Part shown: positions 9,800 to 17,586 of the stretch, in pieces
Layout: each line of letters begins with the position of its first letter
Position numbering within the stretch: the stretch's first letter is position 1
Assembly: GCA_965250005.1 (NCBI GenBank)
Contig: OZ252279.1
Coordinates: forward strand, 390,001 to 422,000
Length of the DNA: 32,000 nt
Direction: 5' to 3'
DNA from: Demequinaceae bacterium
GTDB taxonomy: Bacteria > Actinomycetota > Actinomycetes > Actinomycetales > Demequinaceae
Translations under genes and position numbers: made by a program
The notes under the pieces: generated by a model
The model's database searches: none
Seen by the model: the letters and a program-made list of their open reading frames with translations, nothing else
What the model was told of the DNA's origin: nothing

Positions 9800-10657
9800 C
9801 TATTTGCCTGTGTCGCGACGCTTGAGAAACCGCTCAAACTCCGCCGCGATCGCGTCACCGGAAGCCTGCGGCATGGTCGCGGCGTCGGTGACTTGCTCGA
9901 GTTGAGCGACGTGTGCGGCGATTTCGTCATCGTCCTCGGCAAGGTCCTCGGCGCCCCGCTGCCACGCCTCCGCCTCATAAGGCAGGTCCGCAAGCTCGAT
10001 TGGCTCGCCGATGAGGCGCTCGAGCGCACCAAGTAGTGCGAGCGTTGCCTTGGGGTTCGGCGGATGCGCCACATAGTGGGGCACGCCCGCCCAGACGGAG
10101 AGCACGGCGATTCCGCGTAGGGCGGCCTCGTGGCCGAGCACGCCGGTAATGCCGATTGGCCCGTCGTAATCTGACCGCTCCAGGTCCAGCGCTTTGCGCG
10201 CAGCCGCGTTCTCACTTGTGACGTAGGTAGGTAGCGGCCTGGTGTGCGGCGTATCCACCAGCAGTGCGCCACACGTGATGAGGGTGGTCACGTCAAGATC
10301 TTCGGCGTAGTCGAGAAGCTCGGTGCAAAACTGACGCCATCGCATCGAGGGTTCGAAGCCCCGCACCAGTGTCAAGTTGCGGTCTCCGAGCCAGGGGCCG
10401 GGCGTGGTCGAGATCAACGTTCCGGGCCACGAGATCACGCGCTCGCCGCCATCGTTGCGCGAGATGGTCGGGCGGTTCACCTGGAAATCGTGGAATTCCT
10501 CGGAATCGAGGGCGGCGTATTCCTGCGCCTTCCACACGCGAGCAAGGTGGTCGAGCGCCGCGGATGCCGAGGAGCCGGCGTCGTTCCAGCCTTCGAAAGC
10601 GGCAATCATGACCGATTCGTCCGCCCCGAGAGACTCCTCCACGTCTGATTCCTTCAT
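9800..10657 (-). CDS. PAC2 family protein (proteasome assembly chaperone-like fold)
   Basis: MIAAFEGWNDAGSSASAALDHLARVWKAQEYAALDSEEFHDFQVNRPTI, SMRWRQFCTELLDYAEDL, VWAGVPHYVAHPPNPKATLALLGALERL are typical of actinobacterial PAC2 proteins. Confidence 0.9.
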   Translation of the reverse strand: MKESDVEESLGADESVMIAAFEGWNDAGSSASAALDHLARVWKAQEYAALDSEEFHDFQVNRPTISRNDGGERVISWPGTLISTTPGPWLGDRNLTLVRGFEPSMRWRQFCTELLDYAEDLDVTTLITCGALLVDTPHTRPLPTYVTSENAAARKALDLERSDYDGPIGITGVLGHEAALRGIAVLSVWAGVPHYVAHPPNPKATLALLGALERLIGEPIELADLPYEAEAWQRGAEDLAEDDDEIAAHVAQLEQVTDAATMPQASGDAIAAEFERFLKRRDTGK

Positions 10658-10681
10658 GCCTTCAGCCTAGACTGATCGGCG

Positions 10682-11386
10682 ATGAATGCACACGAGCGCC
10701 GCCCCGCCGCCATCCTGTGGGACATGGACGGAACGTTGGTTGATAGCGAGCCCCATTGGATTGCTGCAGAGACCGAGCTGTGCGCGGCGCACGGCGTTGA
10801 CTGGACTGAAAAGGACGGACTGTCCCTTATCGGCAGCGCCCTTACCTATTCGGCTGGCGTGCTGAAGGACCGTGGCGTCAACCTCTCGATTGGCGAAATT
10901 GTGGACATCCTCGTCACGCAGGTCGCGAACGGCGTGCGCGCGAATGTCCCATGGCAGCCAGACGCCCGCGCGCTCCTTGACCGCTTCCTCGACGCAGGCA
11001 CGCGCTGCGCGCTAGTCACCATGTCTTACCGCGCCCTCGCAGGCGCTCTCACTGAACACGAACCTCGCTTTGAGGTAGTCGTCACGGGAGAAGAGGTCGC
11101 GAACGGCAAGCCAGACCCGGAGTCATACCTGTTGGCCGCGGATCGCCTTGGCGTGAGAATCTCGGACTGCCTCGCGATTGAGGATTCGCCTTCCGGAACG
11201 CGCGCAGCTCACGCCAGCGGCGCCCGCACAGTCGCGATCGAGCGTTTGGTCAAATTGGATCCGCTTCCCGGGATGTCCATGTTCGCGAGCCTCGACAGCC
11301 TCACCGACCGTGCGATCCAGAGAATCATGGCCGGCGAGGTTATTGACGAACTGCCCGCAGCAATCGCTGGGGACGGCCCGCGCTAG
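10682..11386 (+). CDS. HAD-superfamily phosphatase
   Basis: AAILWDMDGTLVDSEPHW (DxD motif), GKPDPESYLLAADRLGVRISDCLAIEDSPSGTRAAHASG. Confidence 0.93.
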   Translation: MNAHERRPAAILWDMDGTLVDSEPHWIAAETELCAAHGVDWTEKDGLSLIGSALTYSAGVLKDRGVNLSIGEIVDILVTQVANGVRANVPWQPDARALLDRFLDAGTRCALVTMSYRALAGALTEHEPRFEVVVTGEEVANGKPDPESYLLAADRLGVRISDCLAIEDSPSGTRAAHASGARTVAIERLVKLDPLPGMSMFASLDSLTDRAIQRIMAGEVIDELPAAIAGDGPR

Positions 11387-12216
11387 CTCGCGACCGGCGT
11401 AACGCCAAGCGACCGCGTGACCGCCGCCGGGTCTAGGTCAGGCGGGTTGCCACCGAACTCGGGACATAGTGCTTGAAACGAGCACCACCCGCACAGCTTG
11501 GACTTCCTGGTCCGCCACTCGGATCGCTTCGCCGCACGGGCAATATCGCTCCACAGTGCGCGGACCTCGAACTCCACCTTCTCCAGGTCTTCCGCATTGG
11601 GCTTGAGAACTACCGATTGGCCGTCGCGCAAGTAGAGCAACTGGAGCACACTCGGTATCCGCCCGCGCAGGCGCGCGACCAGGAGCGCGTAAAAGCGCAT
11701 CTGAAACTTCGCCTGCGTTCCGTATTGGGGCAGCGGCGCCTTACCTGACTTGTAGTCGACTACGCGAATCGAACCGTCCGCCGCGACGTCAACCCGGTCG
11801 ATTACGCCGCGCAGGAGCGGCCCATCGGGCAGCTGCCACTCGACGAACTCTTCGCGTGTGTCCGGTTCAAGCCGGGTGGGGTTCTCCATGGTGAAGTAGG
11901 TTGCCAGCCGACTTGCCGCATCCGCAAGCCACGCGCCCTCGCCGGCGGCGTCGTCGTGGAGAGCGCGCAGGCCAGCGTCGGCCGCCTTCATCTGTTCCCA
12001 TTGCGGAGCGAGCATCGCTACGGCCGCCTGCTCCGTGCGCGCGGTGGAGGGAAGCTCATAGAGATGCTCGAGTGCGCTGTGCACCAGCGTTCCAAGAGTT
12101 GCGGCGGCGGACGGATCCTCAGGAATTCGATCGACAACGCGCAGACGAAACATGAGCGGGCACTGCTTGAAGTCGTTAGCACGGGACGGCGATAGGGCGG
12201 GCGCGCGGCGTTCCAT
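11383..12216 (-). CDS. RecB-family PD-(D/E)XK exonuclease with probable 4Fe-4S cluster cysteines
   Basis: ALSPSRANDFKQCPLMFRLR, TLGTLVHSALEHL, GVIDRVDVAADGSIRVVDYKSGK, and the C-terminal KLCGWCSFQALCPEFGG. Confidence 0.92.
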   Translation of the reverse strand: MERRAPALSPSRANDFKQCPLMFRLRVVDRIPEDPSAAATLGTLVHSALEHLYELPSTARTEQAAVAMLAPQWEQMKAADAGLRALHDDAAGEGAWLADAASRLATYFTMENPTRLEPDTREEFVEWQLPDGPLLRGVIDRVDVAADGSIRVVDYKSGKAPLPQYGTQAKFQMRFYALLVARLRGRIPSVLQLLYLRDGQSVVLKPNAEDLEKVEFEVRALWSDIARAAKRSEWRTRKSKLCGWCSFQALCPEFGGNPPDLDPAAVTRSLGVTPVAS

Positions 12217-12304
12217 GCCGACACCCTACGTTGCTACCCAGACACGCCAGCGGCTACTCGCCGCTCGCGTAATGATTATTGGTCAGGCCGGTTACCGTGG
12301 GGGC

Positions 12305-13414
12305 ATGGCAACTCCAAGTAGGCGCACAAAAGGATGGTCGATCGGGCGCATGCTCGGGGCACGCGTGATTGTGCAGCCATCGACGCTCATCATGATTGCT
12401 GTGTTGGCATTCCTGTGGGCGAGCCGCGACGTCGACGGACTGACGAGCGAGAGCCTCACGCGTGGGGCAACGCTCGCCTTGTTGCTATTCGCGTCGGTCT
12501 TTGTGCATGAGGTTGCGCACGCGGCGACCGCCAGGTTTTTTAGGCGCGAAGTCTCGGAGATTGTGATCACACTCTGGGGAGGCCACACGTCGTTTGATGG
12601 CAGAGGGATGACTCCTGTCATCAGCGGAGTCACGTCGGCGGCGGGGCCCGCGATGAACATGGTCGTCGCGGCTTCCGCATACGGGGTGTCCGGGCTCGCC
12701 GTGCCGCAGGGAGCGCATGATCTGCTCGCTTGGCTCATCTACGCCAACGTCGCTCTGGCGGTGTTCAACTCACTGCCCGGCATTCCGATGGACGGTGGCC
12801 GCGTGTTTGAGGCCGCCGTTTGGGCCGTCACGGGCAGCCGATCGCGAGGGACTATCGCTGCGGCTTGGGGAGGCAGGGCTGTTGCAGGCGGGTTTGTCGC
12901 GTTCGTAGTCCTGCGCGCATTCTCGGAAGGCCGCACGCCAGGGATCTTCGAGTTGGTCTGGGCGATGTTCGTGTTCTCCCTGCTATGGCCCCCAGCCTCG
13001 GCCGCGCTTCGGAGCGCACAGCTCTCTGGGCGCGCCGAGGTCGTGACTGCAGCAAAGGTCATGCGCGCTGCGGCGCCCGTCAAGCACAATGTTTCCGTCG
13101 CGGACGCGCTTCGTGAAGCCGAACGCGCCGACGCCGATGAGGTGGTGGTGATGTCAGCCGACGGCAGCCCCGCCGGGCACTTCGCAACGGCGATGGCGCG
13201 GGAGGTGCCAGTTGACGTGAGGTCAAGGACCGAGTTGTCGGCGGTCACCCTGCCGCTGCCACGGGGCGCGACGGCGGCGTCAGACTTGACCGGCCATGAA
13301 CTTCTCGAGGAGATTCGTGAGTGGTGGGGAAAAACCGACGCGCTCGTGGTGCTCGACGACGCCGAGGTAGTTGGAGTGGTGCTGTTGAAGGACGTCATAG
13401 AACGCTTGAAGTAG
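12305..13414 (+). CDS. Site-2-protease-like M50 metallopeptidase with C-terminal CBS-like region; start placed at MATPSRRTKG
   Basis: Zinc motif HEVAHAATARFF and NSLPGIPMDGGR within a transmembrane domain, then a C-terminal region (VTAAKVMRAAAPVKHNVSVADALREAERADADEVVVM...DALVVLDDAEVVGVVLLKDVIERL). Confidence 0.92.
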   Translation: MATPSRRTKGWSIGRMLGARVIVQPSTLIMIAVLAFLWASRDVDGLTSESLTRGATLALLLFASVFVHEVAHAATARFFRREVSEIVITLWGGHTSFDGRGMTPVISGVTSAAGPAMNMVVAASAYGVSGLAVPQGAHDLLAWLIYANVALAVFNSLPGIPMDGGRVFEAAVWAVTGSRSRGTIAAAWGGRAVAGGFVAFVVLRAFSEGRTPGIFELVWAMFVFSLLWPPASAALRSAQLSGRAEVVTAAKVMRAAAPVKHNVSVADALREAERADADEVVVMSADGSPAGHFATAMAREVPVDVRSRTELSAVTLPLPRGATAASDLTGHELLEEIREWWGKTDALVVLDDAEVVGVVLLKDVIERLK

Positions 13415-13431
13415 GCGGGGCGCGACCCGCC

Positions 13432-13437
13432 TAGACT
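13432..13437 (+). promoter_or_regulatory. Candidate -10 element (TAGACT) for a leaderless transcript beginning at the trmI GTG start
   Basis: TAGACT followed by 6 nt (TGACGC) then GTG at 13444, matching the TANNNT-N6/7-RTG arrangement of actinobacterial leaderless genes. Confidence 0.4.
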
Positions 13438-13443
13438 TGACGC

Positions 13444-14445
13444 GTGCCTAATACGACTGCAGTTTCCTTGGGTGCGGCCGAGCGCCGTGGCCCCCTTCGC
13501 TCTGGCGACCGCGTTCAACTCACCGACGCCAAGGGACGCCACCACACCATCACGCTTGGCGAGGGTAAGCAGTTCCACACTCATCGCGGGCTGTTTGAGC
13601 ACGACGAACTGATCGGGAAGCCAGAGGGCACCGTCATCTACAACACGGCGAAGGTCCCATATCTTGCGATGAGGCCGCTGCTGAGTGACTACGTCATGTC
13701 GATGCCTCGTGGCGCTGCAGTGATCTACCCGAAGGACTCAGCCCAGATCGTCGGTATGGCGGATATTTTCCCGGGAGCTCGTGTGGTCGAGGCGGGCGTC
13801 GGTTCGGGAGCGCTGTCGATGTCACTGCTGCGCGCGGTGGGTGACACTGGATCACTCCTCTCGATCGAGCGTCGCGAGGAATTCGCGGACATCGCCAAGG
13901 CCAACGTGCGTGGGCACTTTGGTGGCGAGCACCCAGCGTGGCGGGTCCAGATTGGTGACTTTGACGAACGCGCCGTCGCCGCTTGCGAACCGGGAAGTGT
14001 GGATCGTGTGGTTCTAGACATGCTCGCTCCCTGGGAAAATATCGAGGCAGCGGCGACCATCTTGGCGCCCGGCGGAGTATTCCTTGCTTACGTGGCGACG
14101 GCGACGCAACTCTCACGCGTGGCGGAGGGGATCCGCGATCACGGCGGGTATACGGAGCCCGTGGCGTGGGAGACGATGGTACGCACATGGCACCTTGAGG
14201 GCCTCGCCGTCCGGCCGGACCATCGAATGATCGGGCACACAGGATTCTTGATCTCGTCGCGCCGGATGGCACCCGGCGTGGACGCCCCGATCCGGCATCG
14301 GCGCCCCGCGAAGGGGGCGTACCCGACTGACACGGAATGGACGCCAGACGACCTGGGCGAGCGGACCCCCAGCGAGAAGAAGGTGCGCAAAGTGCGCCGC
14401 GACGTGACGAAGAGCGATCCTGTTGGCGAAGAAGCGGGGGAGTAG
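13444..14445 (+). CDS. trmI: tRNA (adenine-58-N1)-methyltransferase TrmI
   Basis: GEGKQFHTHRGLFEHDELIGKPEGTVI, YVMSMPRGAAVIYPKDSAQIVGMADIFPGARVVEAGVGSGALSMSLLRAVG; GTG start. Confidence 0.95.
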   Translation: MPNTTAVSLGAAERRGPLRSGDRVQLTDAKGRHHTITLGEGKQFHTHRGLFEHDELIGKPEGTVIYNTAKVPYLAMRPLLSDYVMSMPRGAAVIYPKDSAQIVGMADIFPGARVVEAGVGSGALSMSLLRAVGDTGSLLSIERREEFADIAKANVRGHFGGEHPAWRVQIGDFDERAVAACEPGSVDRVVLDMLAPWENIEAAATILAPGGVFLAYVATATQLSRVAEGIRDHGGYTEPVAWETMVRTWHLEGLAVRPDHRMIGHTGFLISSRRMAPGVDAPIRHRRPAKGAYPTDTEWTPDDLGERTPSEKKVRKVRRDVTKSDPVGEEAGE

Positions 14446-15848
14446 TGGAACCGGTAGACAAGGTAGTCGCACTCACCAAGCGCAACGCAGAACTGCAGCG
14501 GCTGCTTGAAGTCGCGCGCGATCAGATAGGCGAGATGCGCGACAAGCTCGCCGAGGTGTCGGCGCCTCCGCAGAGCTTTGGCACACTCCTCGCATGGGCG
14601 GGCGACCATGCGGACGTCATGGTTGGCGGACGGCGCATGCGGGTAGCCGTCGCGCCGAAGGTGTCGCACGACGTCGAACCGGGCCAGGAACTTCTCCTCA
14701 ACGCTTTCAACGTGGTGGTGGGCGTTGGCAAGCCCGAGCGGTCGGGCCAGGCGGCGATTGTTCGCGAGGTTCTTGACGACACCCGAGTGCTGGTAGTTGC
14801 GCGGGGCGAGGACGAGAGGATCGCCATGCTCGTGGGCGGGGACGCCCTTTCCCGTCTTCATGAGGGAGACACGGTAATGGTGGATACGCGTACGGGATTC
14901 GCGATCGAGAAGATCGAGCGAACTGGCGTCGAGGCCCTGCTTTTGGAGGAGGTCCCGGACGTCTCGTACGAGGCCATCGGTGGACTAGAGAGCCAGATCG
15001 AGCGCATTCGCGACGCGATCGAGCTGCCACTGCGCCACCGCGACCTCTTCACCGAGCACGCGCTCGAGCCGCCGCGCGGGCTCTTGCTCTTTGGGCCTCC
15101 CGGCTGCGGAAAAACGCTGATCGCCAAGGCGGTCGCGCACTCGCTCGCCGACGCCGTTGGCTCAGACCGCTCGTACTTCCTGTCCGTCAAGGGGCCGGAG
15201 CTCCTGAACAAGTACGTGGGCGAGACCGAGCGCTACATCCGGACCATTTTCGAGCGGGCGCGCGCGAAGGCCGCAGACGGCGCACCGGTAGTGGTGTTCT
15301 TCGATGAGATGGACGCGCTCTTCCGCTCGCGCGGCTCGGGAGTCTCCTCGGACATCGAGACCACCGTGGTTCCGCAACTACTGACGGAGTTGGACGGCGT
15401 TGAGGCGCTGTCGAACGTGATCGTCATCGGAGCGTCGAACCGCGAAGACATGATCGACACCGCAATCATGCGGCCCGGCAGGCTCGACGTGAAGATTGAG
15501 ATCGCACGGCCGGATCAGCGTGCTGCGGTGGACATCCTGGGCATCTACTTGCGAGAGGACCTGCCCCTAGCGGCGTCCGACGTCGCCTCGGCCGGATCCG
15601 CGACCGCGGCCGTTGCGGCAATGTGCTCCGCGGCTGCGGAGTTTCTGTTCGCGCCGGAGCAGGACGCCGCAAACTTGGTCTCTGGGGCGATGCTACGCAA
15701 CATCGTTAATCGCGCGAAGACTCGAGCCATCAAGCAGGTTATTGCTGGCCACGCGCGCGGAATCAGCGCCGAGCAGATTCTCGCCGCGTGTGCCGAGGAG
15801 GTCTCGGAGGCTCGCGCTGTCGAGTTATCGGCGCTCGGCAAGGGGTAG
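14445..15848 (+). CDS. arc: Pup-dependent AAA+ ATPase ARC (Mpa orthologue); GTG start overlapping the trmI stop
   Basis: N-terminal coiled coil (ALTKRNAELQRLLEVARDQIGEMRDKLAEVS), Walker A GPPGCGKTLIAKAVAHSLAD, Walker B VVVFFDEMDALFRSRG, position directly upstream of dop/pup/pafA. C-terminus is ...AVELSALGKG with no GQYL. Confidence 0.95.
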   Translation: MEPVDKVVALTKRNAELQRLLEVARDQIGEMRDKLAEVSAPPQSFGTLLAWAGDHADVMVGGRRMRVAVAPKVSHDVEPGQELLLNAFNVVVGVGKPERSGQAAIVREVLDDTRVLVVARGEDERIAMLVGGDALSRLHEGDTVMVDTRTGFAIEKIERTGVEALLLEEVPDVSYEAIGGLESQIERIRDAIELPLRHRDLFTEHALEPPRGLLLFGPPGCGKTLIAKAVAHSLADAVGSDRSYFLSVKGPELLNKYVGETERYIRTIFERARAKAADGAPVVVFFDEMDALFRSRGSGVSSDIETTVVPQLLTELDGVEALSNVIVIGASNREDMIDTAIMRPGRLDVKIEIARPDQRAAVDILGIYLREDLPLAASDVASAGSATAAVAAMCSAAAEFLFAPEQDAANLVSGAMLRNIVNRAKTRAIKQVIAGHARGISAEQILAACAEEVSEARAVELSALGKG

Positions 15849-15850
15849 TT

Positions 15851-17383
15851 GTGCGAATCGCTGGAATCGAGACCGAGTATGGGATAGCGGACAGGGAGAA
15901 CCCGGGTGCCAACCCGATCCTCATGAGTAGCCACGTCGTGGATTACTATCGCAGCCGACCGGGGGTGGCTAGCGCCCCTTGGGATTACGGCTCGGAGGAT
16001 CCGCTTCAAGACCTGCGCGGTATTCGCCGCGCGCGCGCGTCAGCGCACCCCGACATGCTGACAGACCAGCCCGCGAGCCACGAGACGGAGGGGAGCCTCA
16101 CGCGCCACCGTCGGCGCGGCTCGTGGGAGGACCCTGCGCAGCTAAATGCGGTCCTCGCGAACGGCGCTCGCCTCTACGTCGACCACGCTCACCCCGAGTA
16201 TTCGGGGCCCGAAGTCTCCGGGCCGCTCGACGCGGTCCGCTGGGACCGGGCCGGGGATCAGGTGGTGCGCCTCGCAATCGCGGCGGCTGCCGCGGCCGGC
16301 GTATCGATGGCCGCGTACAAGAACAATGTTGACGGCAAGGGCTCGTCGTACGGGACGCATGAGAACTTCCTGGTCAATAGAGACATACCTTTTGACGACC
16401 TCGCCAAGTGGATTACGTGTCACCTGGTGACGAGGCAGATCTTCTGCGGCGCGGGGCGCGTGGGATTGGGTCAACGCGGTGAGCAGCCAGGGTTCCAGAT
16501 TTCGCAGCGCGCGGACTACATTGAAGCCGACGTGGGCCTTGAAACCACTCTCCGCCGGCCCATCGTCAACACTCGTGATGAGCCGCACGCGGATCGCGAC
16601 AGGTGGCGGCGTCTCCACGTGATCATCGGCGACGCCAACAATATGGACGTGCCGGTATTCCTCAAGATCGGGACCACGTCGCTCGTGCTGTCGGCGATCG
16701 AGGCTGGTGACCCACGGCTCGATGCACTGGTTCTCGCCGACCCAGTCCCTGCCGTTCAGGCGGTCTCGAGGGATCTCCATCTGAACGTTGTCCTTGCCCT
16801 CGCTAACGGAGACACGGCCACGGCGCTCGAACTGCAGCGAGCGCTGTTGGAGATCGCCCGCGACTACGTCACCGACGGTGAGGGCGCGGGGGTGATCGCT
16901 CGGTGGGAGGAAGTTCTTGAGCAACTGGGGCGGGACCCGCTGGAGGCAAGCGCGACCGTCGAGTGGGTGGGCAAGCTGAAGCTTCTGGCGCGTATGCGCG
17001 AGCGTAGTGGCGGCATCAAGCCGCTGCCCTGGGACGACGCACGCCTTGTGGCGGCAGACATCCAATGGAGCGACATCGATCCCGAAAGAGGGCTGTGCGC
17101 GAAGCTAACCGCCGCGGGAGCAGTGACGCGTCTCGTCACGGACGAACAAATCGAGAGCGCCGTCACCACGCCTCCCGCAACCACCCGGGCCACGGTGCGG
17201 GGCCGAATGGTTTCGGCTCGGTCGGATGTGGTTGATTCCGCCGGCTGGAACACGGTGGTCCTCGACCGCGACACCGAACACGGGCAACTCGAGGTTGCGC
17301 GCCTCGACGACCCCCACGTCACAGGCCACCCACTTCTGGATGCGCTCATTGAGGAATCGCCGCGCCCGGCAAACGGCGAGTAG
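15851..17383 (+). CDS. dop: Deamidase/depupylase of Pup, Dop; GTG start
   Basis: MRIAGIETEYGIADRENPGANPILMSSHVVDYY, LYVDHAHPEYSGPE, YKNNVDGKGSSYGTHENFLVNR, VNTRDEPHAD(R)D...RLHVIIGDAN; paralogous to the PafA ligase further downstream. Confidence 0.96.
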   Translation: MRIAGIETEYGIADRENPGANPILMSSHVVDYYRSRPGVASAPWDYGSEDPLQDLRGIRRARASAHPDMLTDQPASHETEGSLTRHRRRGSWEDPAQLNAVLANGARLYVDHAHPEYSGPEVSGPLDAVRWDRAGDQVVRLAIAAAAAAGVSMAAYKNNVDGKGSSYGTHENFLVNRDIPFDDLAKWITCHLVTRQIFCGAGRVGLGQRGEQPGFQISQRADYIEADVGLETTLRRPIVNTRDEPHADRDRWRRLHVIIGDANNMDVPVFLKIGTTSLVLSAIEAGDPRLDALVLADPVPAVQAVSRDLHLNVVLALANGDTATALELQRALLEIARDYVTDGEGAGVIARWEEVLEQLGRDPLEASATVEWVGKLKLLARMRERSGGIKPLPWDDARLVAADIQWSDIDPERGLCAKLTAAGAVTRLVTDEQIESAVTTPPATTRATVRGRMVSARSDVVDSAGWNTVVLDRDTEHGQLEVARLDDPHVTGHPLLDALIEESPRPANGE

Positions 17384-17392
17384 AATGGACTC

Positions 17393-17572
17393 ATGCCACA
17401 GGTCAGTGCAGGTCAACAACCGCACAATGACGAGAGCGCTCCCGCCCAGCCGGCGCCCATCGCGCAAGCGCGGACGGACGCGATAGATGCGCTCCTCGAC
17501 CAAATCGATGTCACTCTGGAAAACAACGCCGAACAATTCGTGCGGAGCTTCGTTCAAAAGGGCGGCCAGTAG
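17393..17572 (+). CDS. pup: Prokaryotic ubiquitin-like protein Pup (59 aa), absent from the supplied ORF track because it is below the 60-aa cutoff
   Basis: Hand translation: MPQVSAGQQPHNDESAPAQPAPIAQARTDAIDALLDQIDVTLENNAEQFVRSFVQKGGQ*. The C-terminal (V/F)VRxxVQKGGQ and the position between dop and pafA are diagnostic. Confidence 0.97.
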   Translation: MPQVSAGQQPHNDESAPAQPAPIAQARTDAIDALLDQIDVTLENNAEQFVRSFVQKGGQ

Positions 17573-17586
17573 GCCATTTTCGAGAC

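Noticed and set aside
15788-15850. Tracked upstream start of dop at 15788
   Set aside because: Would overlap the arc coding region out of frame. The conserved Dop N-terminus (MRIAGIETEYGI) begins at GTG 15851.
16142-17065. 307-aa minus-strand ORF opposite dop
   Set aside because: Shadow of a clear Dop coding sequence, with no motifs of its own.
17226-17486. 86-aa plus-strand ORF overlapping dop and pup
   Set aside because: Out of frame with both Dop and Pup, Arg/Ser/Thr-rich and without motifs. The real gene here is the 59-aa Pup at 17393-17572.
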